Positions 1-14,600 of a stretch of 64,000 bases of DNA are shown in pieces. Under the pieces are notes generated by a model. The model did not search any database, was not told the DNA's origin, and saw nothing but the letters and a program-made list of their open reading frames with translations. Position 1 is the stretch's first letter. Every line of letters starts with the position of its first letter. The DNA lies in the NCBI GenBank assembly GCA_012295275.1, contig CM022674.1, forward strand, positions 8,990,001 to 9,054,000, in the 5' to 3' direction. Position numbers and translations under genes: made by a program. This DNA comes from Chrysomallon squamiferum (taxonomy: Eukaryota; Animalia; Mollusca).

Positions 1-1780
1 CATTTTTTAAAAATTTGTTTGAAACCAAGTGATAATTTTGCATATTTTGCTAATAGCATGTTACTTCATATATTAATGTTTCTAATTTCATCCAGCAAAG
101 ATATGTGCCTTATTATTAACAGGTGATAGTAATGGCAATAAATTACAAATTTAAATCTTTATCAGCAGCTATTAAGAAATTTAAGCAGACTCTAATAGTG
201 ATATTTCAGAACAGACTGGGAGTGTTTGGCAGAGCATCAATTGATTCTGTTTGTTTATTTCCAAATTAAATTGAGTTCATGTAGTAATAATAGAACACTA
301 TAAATACATGCTGTTGTTCCCCTCCATATAAGTTAGACATTTATAACTCCTTTTTTTTTTTAATAATTTGGTTCAAAATGGAAATTTATTAATATGCCTT
401 GTTTTAATGTAAATATGAAAACATCATGTATGGTTTTTTTGTTGGGAATATTATTCATACAGTGATTATTTTACTGTTAAAGAATATTATTAACGAGTGT
501 GTGCTCGCATGAAGTACAAATAATGAAAATTGAAAGACAAATATAGAACTGAATGGGGAAATTGAAGCCAGTGATGTATTATTTTTGACTGGATTTCAAA
601 AACATTTAGTTGTGAGATGTGTGCATTGCTGTGCATTGCTGAAGTGATTGTGTTACAATGAAAACATCTGTTTTATGCAGCTAATTTGGTTTACTAGAGG
701 TGGATGGTTTAGTAATCTGCAGTAGCTTGTTTTTTCATAACAAGACTGTTCTCTGAATGAACAACTGACATTTATCATGTTGGCAGCAGTCCAGGATGTT
801 TTAGGTTAAACACCAACTTATTTAATAAATAATTGTCGGGTGAAAATATTTACGTCAGACTTAGATGCTATGTTATATATATTTTTTTTTTCTGTTATCC
901 TGGATGTAAGCAAGGTGTATTCATTATTTATTGTATATATTTAGCTGTATAATGTGTGGCACAAACCAAAACAATATAATGTTCATGTACTAGCTAAACT
1001 TTACTTATTAATTTTTAAAGTTAACATTTTAACATTTCATTGATGTAATAGTTCTGTGACTTTTGTTGTCATGATAACAAAACAGGGATACAGTTAATAA
1101 TCATTAAAGAAAAGAAAGTTTGTACTTAAAATTATAAAAATCAAAAACAGAAATATAGCCTTTAGGTTACTTTCCATCAGTTAGAACCAGTTACCATATT
1201 TTAGATATTTCACACAAATGGTCAAGTGTTGCTTTTCATGTAATTGGTGGGTGAGCATTTCACTTGAGCATTGTAGGTCTTTGCTAACAGTGGTGGATCA
1301 TAAACAGATATTTTAATACTCACAGCTGTATCAGTGGATTAAACTGAGAAAATATATTTATACAGAAGTATTAATAATTTAAAATCTACGGTAATCTAAG
1401 GTAATTTAAAAATCTAAGTCATGCTGAATATAAAAGTATGCAGTTGGCATGTTAATTTTTCAGTTTCCACATGGGTGTATCAAGCATTGTTAAATTATAG
1501 TTTATATTATACTGAACAATAATTACATGAATTACCTGAAATTCGAAGGATCTAATGTAAAAGAGAGGATAAAAGTACAGTTGGAAAATTTTGTCTGACT
1601 TCTTGTACCTTCATTATTACTGATACTCATAGAATGGGTTTTTTTTGTTGTTTTTTTTTTTTACAAATTTTAATAAACATTTTATATTTGCTTTAAAGTT
1701 GTTTTCTGGCTGACTACACTTGGTTTGACTGATCATACATTTACAAATGTAATAAAACTAATGATTCTTATTTTTTTCAG

Positions 1781-4700
1781 CATGTGAAAATCTATGATGA
1801 TATAGATTCTTCAGAAAGGTAAGTTAATTTCTTTCAAATATTTAAATTGTTATCTGTTTTCATTGTTTTTATGATAAAACTTTTTTTTTTTTTTAAATGG
1901 TTTCAGTTATTATTTTTATTGTAATAATTATTAATTTTAGTACTGAAGAAGACAAGGAACATGATCTGTATGAGATTCCAGTTGTACGACAGACAGAAGA
2001 AAGTCAGCCAAATGACAGTTCCAGTGTTGCCACTGCTGCCAGTGTTGATGACATCACAGAGGAAGTTGCTGACAACTGTCCACCTCCACCATTGCCGCCT
2101 CGCCGTGACAGAACAACTTCAGAAGTGACCAATCGCAGCACAGAAAGTATCTGTTCAGACAAACCTCCAGACTTGCCAGCCCGTCCACCACTTCAGAGTC
2201 GCAAAAGTGATAACAACAACATTACAGATAAATGTATAAAAACAGACAAAACAGAAAAATCTGACAATATAATCACAGGTCTGTCACAAATCATTTTACA
2301 AAACTTTTAATCACCTAACTGATATAAATGATTTTGCATTTTCTATCCAACTGACTTAATGATTTTTATACACTAAATTATTTTCAAACCAATTTTTAAA
2401 GAGAAAATTGTTGTTTTTTCCCCCCAGTATTAAACATCTCACATCTGTTTTAGAAAAGATCAGTATGATATCAGCAGAGAGATAATTCTGTTATAGTTAT
2501 CAAAGGTGTTTGTAATGGCCCTTTTTATCTGTTTTACAGAAAACTGGTTTAAAAATTACTGAATGTTATAAATAAAGTTGTCTACATTTATCCTAACTTA
2601 GTTAAGCATAACTGTACATACATCACTAATGACAGGTAATAAGCATTAATATATATATATATATATGTAACATTTTTTTTGTTTTTGTTTATTTATAATA
2701 ATCAGTTTTTACATCTAAGTGGCACACCTGTTACAATTGTATGTTCTCTTTTCATCTGTCACAGATGGAGACAGCACAAGCTATGAATCTTATGATGAGG
2801 AGGAAAAGGTGAATGATTTAGCCTTGCTCAACAAGCTCAACATAAAACTTCCCAAGTAAGTTGTTTAAACTTTGTGTTTTCTGTAATCCAACATTCACAC
2901 CAATGTCCTCAGTTCATAATAGTTCAACTTAATAATAATAACATTAAAAATTGTTTTTTTTACAAAGCTTTAATTTAGGGATAGGCTTAGTTGCATGGTT
3001 AATTATCAATTGCAAAAAAACAAAAAATATGGCCATTTTGTAAGCTGACAGTGAATTTCCTTTCTCATTTCATACTTTATAAACTAGAATATATTAAAAA
3101 TGGAATTAACTGCATTATTAAAAGCAACAAAAATATAGCTTAAATTTGTGAATTTCCTTTCTCATTTCATACTTTATAAACTAGAATATATTAAAAATGG
3201 AATTATCTGCATTATTAAAAGCAACAAAAACGTATATCTTAAATTTGTGAATTTCCTTTCTCATTTCATACTTTATAAACTAGAATATATTAAAAATGGA
3301 ATTATCTGCATTATTAAAAGCAACAAAAATGTAGCTTAAATTTGTGAATGTTTTCTTTTTCTTTTTTTCAGACGTGCCAAGAAGGAATCAAATAAACTAA
3401 AGAAGAAAATCAGTAACTCTCGATCATCAAATCAATTGGAGCTGAATGTACCATTTAAAAATCTCTCTGATGTTGTTGTGTCTGGTGAATTATATTACAG
3501 AGGGAAACTTTCATGGAACCGCAGGCTGGTAGCTCTGGTCAATGGTAACTTGGTTTGTTATAAGCCAGACAAAGAAACACGACCTAATTTGGCCATCAGT
3601 TTGCCTGGTTATGAGGCAACATATTCAGAAAGAGAAGGCAAGAAGGGTTTTGAGATCAAACTGTATCACCCCAACTGTGATGCTCATTATTTTTCTGTTG
3701 ACTTTAAAGAGTGGGCTCAAACCTGGTGTGAGGTCAGTACATGCTATAGAAAACAAAATTATATATAAATTTTCAACTAACTTTTTTAATAATTCTGAAA
3801 CACTCTTTCCTCAGAAAATGTGATAGTTATATTGTTCAAAATTATTAATTAATTCCCTGATTTTAAAATTAAAAAAATGATATTGATGATTGATTTTAAT
3901 TTAGTTATATAACTATTTTTATAATTAATCATTATTTTCTTATATGCTAACCATTGTAGCAACTCATACACCTTTGTTGTTTCATTTTATTTGTTGTGTG
4001 TTAAATAATATTCATCCAGACATTCATATTTATTTATTTGCTCAGAACATCAACAAAATAGCTCAAGGATTACCTGCTCCTGGCAGTCATCAGCACCTTG
4101 CAAGGTCTTTCATTGGTAACAGTGATCAAGCATATCCCAGCTTTGGAGGAAGCAAAGTAAGATTGTTATCAAAACACTTTTAAATGATTTCTTATTTTTA
4201 AAATTTGTTTTTAATGTTATTAAAAATTGCTTTGAATTATTTATAAATATTTCAAGATATTTTTTTTATTATAAAATTTATGACATTATCACAAGTAATA
4301 ATAATGCTGAAGTATATACAATTTATAAAAAGAATAATAATGATAATAATTATATACAAATTTTATAATTTAAATGTGTTTTGCTAAAATAACTTTTAAC
4401 TGACTCATTACATTTCCTATTGAATTTATGATAATTATGATACCAAATTTCTTGCATTATTAAAATAACCAAGATATATCAAAAATTAAAAGAACCATAA
4501 TAGTAATAATTAAAAAATAATAAAGCAATAATAATAATATGGAAATATAATATGTAAATAAAAATAAACAGATTGTCAGATAACTATTCACAGTTGTTTG
4601 GTGTAAGAAAATATATAATGTTATGAAGCACACTTAAGTTTGTTTAGGTCAAGGACCAAACACTTCATTTCAAGAAATTACAACCTGTGTGATTGGCTTT

Positions 4701-7700
4701 ATAATAGGTTCACATGAACTATGTATGATACATTTCATCACATATTCTATATCTGAATGTTGAGGTCTTTTCAATCCCAGCTTTTAAAGTATGTAATTAT
4801 ACTATATGACCTTTGTTGTTGGTTTTTTTATAAATGAGTAATTGATGTACAGATACATTTTCCTCCATAAATACTGTTACAATTTTGTAAATTATTTTCA
4901 GCTATTTTACTCTTTCATTTAATTAATATTTTTAGATGGCAAATAATTAATTTTTAAAATAGTTTCTGATAACTGATTTTTATTATAAAGTTGAGTTTGA
5001 CATCAGAGTTGATGTGGGATGGTACTAATACTGTGGAAAGCACTTCCAAATTGGATAGTAAACTAGGAAGCCATCTTTCCAGCACTTTTGGCAGATTAAC
5101 TGAGGGTAGACGCAGCTACACACTGAACCATAAATTGAGAAACTCACCAATCAGTTGGTTGTTTGACAAACGTCATTCATTGGCTTCCACCTGTACCCTC
5201 CTCAACAAGAGAGACAGGTTGTCATCGAGTTCTACTCTAGATTATAAACATGAAAAATCATCTTCAAACTCTAACTTGCTAAAGGCCTGGGATAGTACAG
5301 TTCCTTCAACCAATGACAATTTTCACAAAAAGATGACATCTAGTTGTACTTTAAACAGGAAAAAACATAATTTGACATCACATTTTAGTGATGCAAGGTT
5401 AGATCACTCATCTTCAGCTTGTATCCTTGACCTAAAGTGGAAACATTCAGAATCTGCTGTGGAAAGTCCAGACAAAATATCTCTAGTAAGTTCTTCTAAA
5501 CAAGAAGATATTTCTTCAGGCACATCTTCAAATTCCGACTCAGTTTTTGAATCTAAATTAGAAACAGACAGTGAGAAAACCCATGAAAACTGGTTTTCAC
5601 CAAATACAAACAAAAAATTTATTATTCTGTAGATTGTGAATATGAACCAACAAGAGTTTCAGGTAATCAAAATGAGAAGGAAAACTTACTTCCAGTAGTT
5701 ATAAATGAATCTGTCAACAGAAATTCTCCTGACCATTTTTATGATTTAGATGAGGAAGGAGCAGCAGCTGACTTGGGTCCTGGTAGCATTTGTCATATGA
5801 GATCTGTCAGTGAACTTGGTCAAAATCTTACAAACTGCACTGAAATCTCTCTGACAGATTCTTTAACTGAAACTAATAAAACATTTACAGGAGAACAAAT
5901 TAGACAGGATGGAAATGAGCCTTTCTGTGTTTCTGGTCACAATTCAACACCAAATATTGATCAGAAAGATCAAAGATTTTCACAAGATTTAATATCAGAG
6001 GAAAAATATCATTCTTTTACCACCACTAGCAGCACTATGTTGAACACTGATTTTGAAAGCCAGTCTAATTTTGCAGTGGTAGCTCCAAGTCAGTTTGGTT
6101 TGACCAGTAGTACATGTACTGAAGAAATGAATTGGATATCTGCAGAAGGTGTGAATATTTCAAATGAAAACAGTACAGACAGAGATTGTTCTTCTAGCCT
6201 AGCTTGCAATCCCAGACCTTTGTTGGATGTAAAGTTTCAGCAAAGTCCTCTAACAAACCTGACCGGTTCTTTAGCCAGATGGGATTGGAAGACATTGTTT
6301 TATAACTGGACATTTCCACTAGATCACATTATCAAGAGTTTGCGACGTGTAAGTGGAAATGCATGGAATGTAGAACTGTTGTCAGCACTTTTTGAGAATT
6401 GCTGACCTGTTTCTTGAAATGTTTAACAAGTTTTATGCTTGTTGAAAACCCTGGCTTTTGCATCATGTCTTTTTATAGCCTAAAAAATTATTGTTCTGTT
6501 TTAATTAACTTTTCTAAAGTTTAACTTAGAAAGTTCCTACATGATATATTGATAATATTTCTTAGAAAGTGTATTTGCTTTAAGTCCATGATTTGATTTT
6601 ATTTAAACATTATTGTTAGACATATGCAGCATTTAAAACGTTAACAGTTTTCAAATGTTATTTGAATCTTCAATTACTTTACATAAATCACACTATACTT
6701 GATAACAAACTGCTCTTTTCTGATAACTTCCAGAACATTTCTCAAACAGTTATTAAACAGTTATTAAAGAACACTGATGTTCGATGGTCTTTTAATTTTG
6801 TTCTTTTAGTTAACATTATATTAGTTAAAAGTACTAATTTCTTGTAACCTTCATTGACTGTTTTATTGACTTTATGTTAGAAATCTTTCTTTTTTCCATC
6901 TAATAGTAAATACATTTTAGCATCTTTGATGCTGAATAAATTTATAATAATGATTTACTTGAACATTTTAAGTAATTACCTTATATAAAGATTGTTATAA
7001 TTGCATTAGCTTCCTGTGAGTCACTGTGGCAGTTTGCAGTTATCGTTGTTTGTAGTCACATTTCCAATTATGAAAGGTCACACGACAAGATAAACATAAC
7101 TGGATGTCTTTTTTTTAAAATGTCAAAATGTAGAATACTGATAATTTATTAATCAACTGCCATAATGCATTGCAAGCAGCCCATGATATACCACATCAGA
7201 CCTGACATGAAATATTAATGGATATTTTATTGACTAAATGTATATGTAAACAAAAGAAAAAAACAATTTAATTTTTCTTTTTCTAAAAATATACTTCAAT
7301 TCATTTTATTATTAATACTTACTAATTAGCTCAACAACTGGTAATTTTATGGGTTCTTAAAAAAAATAAAAAATAAAATGCAGTGAAAGCTGTGCTACTA
7401 TTGTTAGGTTGCAGTTTTGTTTTGTTTTTATTTGTATCTTTCCATAGACAGTAAAAATACAAACCACATATTTGATCAAACAATAGAACTGGCTGAACAA
7501 GACTAACTCAGTTTATAGATTAGCTGTTATTCTTCTTACACCCATTTGAAACAGTCACAAACATTATTTAAAAAAAACAATTTATTAATATAGTAATAAA
7601 AAGAAATCTGAATTTACAATATTTGATAATTTGAGCAATCTCAGTTGTGAGAGAGTATCAAAACACAAATCTGAGATTGAACTTGTTTTCCCTTCATAAA

Positions 7701-10700
7701 CTTTCATGTATGCTAAACAAATATTCCTTTACCCTCATCTGTATTTATAAATTTTTGTTTTGTGCAGATCTGCATGTAACACAAACCCTTGTTAAACACA
7801 AATGAAATAGTTTAGGTGTTGGATATAATTGTTTTTATGATTATGCAACATAATAGCAGTAGCTTTGCAACCATTCAGTACATGTTGCATGTATTATATT
7901 TAAGGAAGGATGTCTTTAATCCCTGACTGTGTATAATAGTCAAATTACATCTTTAGTAGTTTTAATTAGTGGAGATTTCTCCCTTCTCATAAATTTGGAA
8001 AAATCGGTTTTTAATAAGAAGATAATTTGCTAATAATGCTCTGTATCATACATTTGTTTATTTGACAGTTATTTTGTATGAGGTAGTAAATGGGAACTGC
8101 AAATATAATGATAACGTGAGCACTGAATAACTTACTTAGATCAATCAATCTTCATTTGTATGAATTAATACAATGATCAATCAACCAGTGACATTGCTAA
8201 TTAATAAAGCTGTTTGTGGTTCATAATAATTTAATTTGTTATTTCATAGCAGATGCTTAATGATAACATATTTTGTCAGTAATTTCTTCCAATCTGCTGA
8301 TGATAACAAGTGACATTACTTGTTGCACATAATAATTTTACTTCTCACTGCATTAGTGTAAAATCTGTAAATAGCATGTCTCGCTTCATTGTGCAAGTGT
8401 TTTTGCTGTCTTCACTTGGTAACATGAGTCTCTGTGCACTGAATGATGAATTAACACAATGTCTACTTATTTCTCAGTTAACTCCAAAAATAACATTTTC
8501 CTCCTGATTTTAGCAAGGATATAGCTTATTACATGTCTTAGTAATAGACCATCATGACTGGTTGTTTTAAAAAAAGGATCATGAATGGAGCTATCAAGAA
8601 AAACAAAAACATTCCTTTCCACTTTATCAAAATACATCTTTTTTGTTCTGAGTACATTTTCAACCTACTCAGCCATCTGTTTTCTTCAGTATAGATGCAG
8701 AACTTAAAAAGCATTATATAGTAAGATAATAAGACCTTTCCAAACAGCATCACTGAATCCAGATTGAAAATAAATCTACAAGATCTCAATATTCGTTTAA
8801 AACTACAAATAAAATTAAACATGTTGCCAAAGTCATTTATTATTTATGGAAATCTTTGATAAATAATTTTGTATGCATGTCTGTGAGCAGTTCTGTTTTG
8901 TGAAATAAAAAATTTAAATACAGATCTGTGTGCATTGTGTATTCTCTTTAATTATTACATTATGGAAAATTACTTCTTTTTGGTATTTTCTGTTCTTAAT
9001 ATGTATTGTAACACATATCTCTAAGATTTTTTTTTATTATTCTGTTATTATTGTGAACTTAACGCTTTTTTATTTATTTATTTATTATTATTATAATTTT
9101 TTTAATAATTGTATTTCATAAATGTAACTATTATCTTTTGAATAATGTTATTGTATACAGTTGCTGGTATATACTTTTTTAACTGCATTTTAAAATATTT
9201 ATTATTTGTTACTTTGTATCTTAGTATTTGGAATGTCAGATCTGTATGATTTATTTTAATCATTTTGTTATATTTGTTTATTATTCATTTCACTTATTTT
9301 TAAATTGACAAAGAATTTTTTTTTTTCAATAATTAAGAATAGATATATTTAGATAATTTAATATATATTTCATTTTTATAAATTTATTTTCAGATTTGTT
9401 TGAAATAAATCACATTTTCTATTACCTTTCTTATTAATGTTTGAATTTTTAATTTTCAGTGTCAGATTTATGTACTTACAAGAAGTCTGTATTAACTTTT
9501 TATACAATAATAAAATAATTTGATTTCATATTTCAGCCTGAACTAAATTCATCTAATTCTAATATTTCAAATGCAAGCAGTGATGGTTTAAATGAAGAAG
9601 CCAAAAGATTGAAATTACGAGGTAAATGTTGATGTTTTTGGTTTCCAGGCAAATACAGATAATGAATTTTTGTCAAAGTCATTTAATAAATTATATTTTA
9701 ATTTCACTGAAGTAGTATGAAATTTTTATTTCTTTATTATTATTTTTGTAAATCCAATATGTGTGACTTTTGTATTGGCAGAAGATTGAAGTGAAATCAC
9801 TGAAATAAAAATCTTAACTAATTCAAAACAGAATTTCTGAATTACTTGTACCTGTTTTAATACAGCTTTCATGATACTGTTGTTAGAGGATTTAGAGTTA
9901 TTAATTATTTATAATCTGAATTTTTCAAATTTTTTGTTTCTTGTTTTTAAACCAGGTAATAGAGTGATGAGAATGGGTTCATTTGCCTATCGTGCTACTC
10001 AGTTTTTTGAAAACCTTGGGAAGAAGCCCTCTGGAAAGCGGAAAGTTGACTGTTTAAACAAAGACATGAAAACTGGTATAGAAGAGGAGTGCTCATCTTC
10101 TAGTTCTGGTCTTCCTCTACTCACCCCGTCCTCTGACTCACACGAGCCTGTATTTGATGACCTCTCACCTCTTTCTGATCTTAAGCATGCAGGTTGGTTC
10201 ATATTAACCGCATGTCAGACCTTAGTTTTATCAGATATTTTATCTAATGTTATTTTTAACAAATATAAATTATACATTGATGTTGTATATGCTTTTGAAC
10301 ATATCTTAATTTTGGTAATTTAGATTTTAGACATAATTCTGTGTAATGCAATGAAAAAATTGTAATGGCTTGTGATCCAGAATTTATTTATCTTTAAATT
10401 ATTCAAAACTGAGGTCTGTAATTTTGGTTATTGGTATTATAATTTGAATTAATAACAGAACTGATCTACTGCTGATGGTTATTATATCAGACATTATAAT
10501 GCATGTGTTTGTTTTTATTAATCTGGACAATAATAATTTAATTTTTACTTATTGGTGTTAATTATTACTAACATACAGTCCACAAAACTCCAGTTAAACT
10601 GAACTTTGATTTGTATTTGTTTTCTTATTTCCTTTTATTTTTCATATTTAAGAACATACTAACATTTTCTGAAATCTGTTTTAAATTATCTTGTAAAGTA

Positions 10701-10919
10701 GTGGATGGTAAAACTGAGAATGATGTTATAATGTTTTACCTTTAAGATGATTAGAAATAGAATGATACTTTTGATTGATACCTAATTTGAATAATTATAT
10801 ATAATTTACATTTGTTAGAATATTAGAAATATTCCTCATATTTTAAATCTAGTTATTAAATGAAATTATAAACATTTATATATGTATATATATATAATGT
10901 GTATGTATTTTTACATACA

Positions 10920-10959
<40 letters not shown>

Positions 10960-11662
10960 ATGAATGTTGTTGTGATTGGAGAAACTGACTAAGATAATGT
11001 TTTACAGGTTATTTAGAAGTGTTTAGTAGTTTCAACAAGAGACGTTGGGGAAAGCGCTACTGTCTTGTACGAGAGAATATGTTTGAGTGTTACAAGTCTG
11101 AACAAAGAAAGACCTGTGAGCTCAGCTTTCAGTTAAAAACTTGTCTTCTTAGAAAGGCTGTCGCTGAGACTCACAGTGAGTTCTCTTTGATGTTACTGGA
11201 GTCAGGCAAAGAGAAGATAACTGTGGAGGTAAGTAAATGGTACTACTTTGCAGATACAACTTTTTATCTGAGATAACTAAATGTTGGTCTAGAAGGAAAA
11301 CATAGTGTAACCAGAATTTATATTTATGGATATATTTTTGCAACATATTTTCACTCATATTACAAACTTACTGAATAGAAACATTTTGTATGTACATCTT
11401 CTTGCAGACAAGAAGGATTATCAAGGTAGCCTTTATTAACTGTAGTTACATATACAAGTACTAGAGAGATGAATGATACCTTGAAATGTTACTTGATATG
11501 AATATTGAATTTTTTTTTGGCTGATGATGACCTCTTTACCTCAAAGATCTGTATTTTAAAATCATGGTTATCTGATGAAATGTAGAAGATAATAGAGCTG
11601 AAAGAGAATATAGGAATTTTAAGTGTATATGAGCATATGTATCTAGTTATTTATAATTTATA

Positions 11663-11695
<33 letters not shown>

Positions 11696-14600
11696 TGTTT
11701 ATTTTTTATAAATGTCAGGTTGGTAACAAAGAAGAAATGATAATTTGGGTTAATGTTCTGATGAGAGAATCAGCTAATGAATCTATTCCTGAAGGTCTGG
11801 AAGAGTATTTTATAGATGACGATCACTCCAGTGACATTCAGGATGGGAAGGAAGACTTTTCAGATCTTCTTGGATATTCTGTGATAAAAAGCTGGGTATG
11901 TTCTGATAACTTGTTCTTGTTACAGACTGCTGTCCCTGTAAGCCAAAGTATTAATTATTCTTGTTAGTCTAGCAGAAATATATATTGTTTCTTAGCAAAT
12001 TTTGATTTAGAAAAATAATAACAGATGATTTTAATATGTGAATATGTTTATTTCATAAAGTTTACTGTCAAGGAGCCTTCTTAATTCATTGTTTTGCTGT
12101 TCAGTTTTAAAATATATTTTAATCACATAATTGTACCAACTTTCAGTAAAGTTTTATGTTAAAATAATTTTACATGAAATATAAAAATGATAATAGTTTT
12201 ATCATTTTTTTTAAATAATGTTAGACAATAGAATATTTCATTGATTTTCAATTTTATATTTTGACATGGCCTAGTTAAGTTACTATTAAGAAAAAATATT
12301 TTTTTACCAGCAGTAAAATTGGAAATGCCACAATATGTTTGCTGTTTTCTACATTTAAATGACAAAAAATATTTATCTTTATAAAAACAGGTGCTGATAT
12401 TTTAATTTTTTATTTTTTATTATTAGGATCTAGCAAATGAACATTATAAAGAAAATGAAAATTCAGAGGTTGTGCAGTGTAATTCTACTGAAAAAGAAGA
12501 AAGTAGAACTAAAGATGTTTATTCTAAAGTTTTAAAGACATCATCAACAGAAAATTCATCTTTAGTGCCATTGCCAGGCATTGAGGAAAGTGCTGAAGTA
12601 TTTGATGAGCAGAAGTTAACATCTGACAGTGGATTTATCAGTGTACATTGTTTTAATTCTGACAGTGAAAGTGACAGTGGGTGTGCTGTGAAAAGTGAGG
12701 ATGAATCAAGGACATATGATGGAAAACATTTACACTGTAATGACCAGGAGAGAGATTCAACATCCAGGGAAGTAACGCCATTTGATAGTGATTCAAAGGA
12801 GATAACTCAGGTTGGTGATGATTCTACTGTTGAAAGTGAACAGACTTTCACTGATTGCTTAGATCAGTCTGAAGCTCCTGTTTCGGTAAGAAATGGAATG
12901 AATTCTAATGATGTTGTAAACAAAAAACCAGAAAATGTACTGATAGATAACAAGACTGTTGTAAATAATAATAATGTTGAAAAATCATTGGTGCTTCATT
13001 TAGATAAAGACATTTCGCTGGATGGAGACAAACACACTGATGTTGTTTACAAAGAGTCAGATCAAACCCCATCTGAGAATTCCATTAAACAGAATAATGC
13101 AATCAAAGATTTCTGTCTGAGTAATGTAGCATCTGATAATGAAACTACAAATCAGGACTTGCTGGCTGTTAAAGACTCTGTACAGAATTTTCTGGAACAT
13201 TCCACTGAGCTGACAGAGAAATCCAGTTCTACTTCAAATTTTAGTATTTCAGAAAAACTTGAAAACAATGCTAGTCCTGCAGTTTCATCAGAGGATGAAG
13301 GTGATACACACCGTTATGCTGATAAACTGTCCAGTTCAAGAATGGAAGAGGTGTCTCAAGACAGTTTAGAAAATAAAGAGAAAAGTGAACACAATGAATC
13401 TTGCAAAAATGGAAAGGACAAAAATGCAAATGAGGAAGAGTCTTCAAATGATTTGAAAAGTAAGTTGAATGAGGCTAGCTTGCTGAACTCGTGGGGTTTG
13501 GATGTTTATTTTGAAACAGCGTATCAGCATAGGAAAGTACCTTCTCACAGACAGCACTGCCGTGGTGAGCATGTGCACTTGAGACATAACAAGAAAATGT
13601 CACATACATCACATTTGCATTTTGTCTCAAACTGTAGCACTGATAATAATGTAGAAAAATGTTCAGATTTTAATTCTCAAGGTACTTATGAGCAAGAACA
13701 TACCCTGAATATGGAAGACCTTGTGTGTCATTGTCGTTTGTCAGAGCTGAAAACTACCTTGTCAAGTCACAGTAACTACTAAATTTTAATTTGACTTTGC
13801 TTTGATTTTCTTCAAGCATTTTATTTCCGTTTACACTTTATTTTTGTATTTTCAAGACTTGATCATTTCCTTTAATCTGAGAGAACACTGATAATTTGGT
13901 CACATAGGGAAACACATATTCATTTCTTTTATTTCTGGATTTATCTTAAATTATAAAAATGTTAATGTTAATGCTTTAAAAGTTAAACTTAAGTTAAATC
14001 TAAGCTGATTTACAAGAAGAATTGCTATTAAATGCTTTCTACAATTTGTATAAATCATAGATATATAAAAAATCTATTGAAAATTCAAAATCATTTGGGT
14101 TTAAAATATTTGGTAATATTGTTTGCATGATAACATTTTAAAATTAATTTATATGCATGTTTCACCAACTTTTTACATTTCGACACTGCATGATAATAAT
14201 AAATATTTTTAGAGGCCCTTTTGAAATTTCCAGTTAGTTTAAAACCTTTCAAAAATCTCTGTTTCTTTATGGATGAAGTGCATCTTGAATTATCTGAATT
14301 AGTATTATTTTTTTTAATTATTTAATATATGTATATAAATATACTGATTCTTAATATTTATATATTACTTAAAAGAACAATCTGCATGTCTGATATGATG
14401 CATAATAGGATATCTATTGTGTTATCTGTTACAATCTTTTTCATAAGTAATTTAAAATGGAGAATTTAAGAAATTAAACACCTTCAAGGTGAATAATTTA
14501 CTCTTCCACAGTGAACATTTTTATCACAGCTAAAATGTTTAGTGAAATTTTTCTTAATCAGAAATCTTCATGTTTTAGTTAATATTATTTTATTTTATGA

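Noticed and set aside
5609-5625. Programmed -1 ribosomal frameshift at CAAAAAATTTA
   Set aside because: A_AAT_TTA is not in the translated frame and no clear downstream stimulatory structure was seen.
8443-8507. C/D snoRNA-like ATGATGA...CTGA (also 11524-11575)
   Set aside because: No convincing terminal stem, internal boxes or recognisable rRNA guide; expected by chance in AT-rich DNA.
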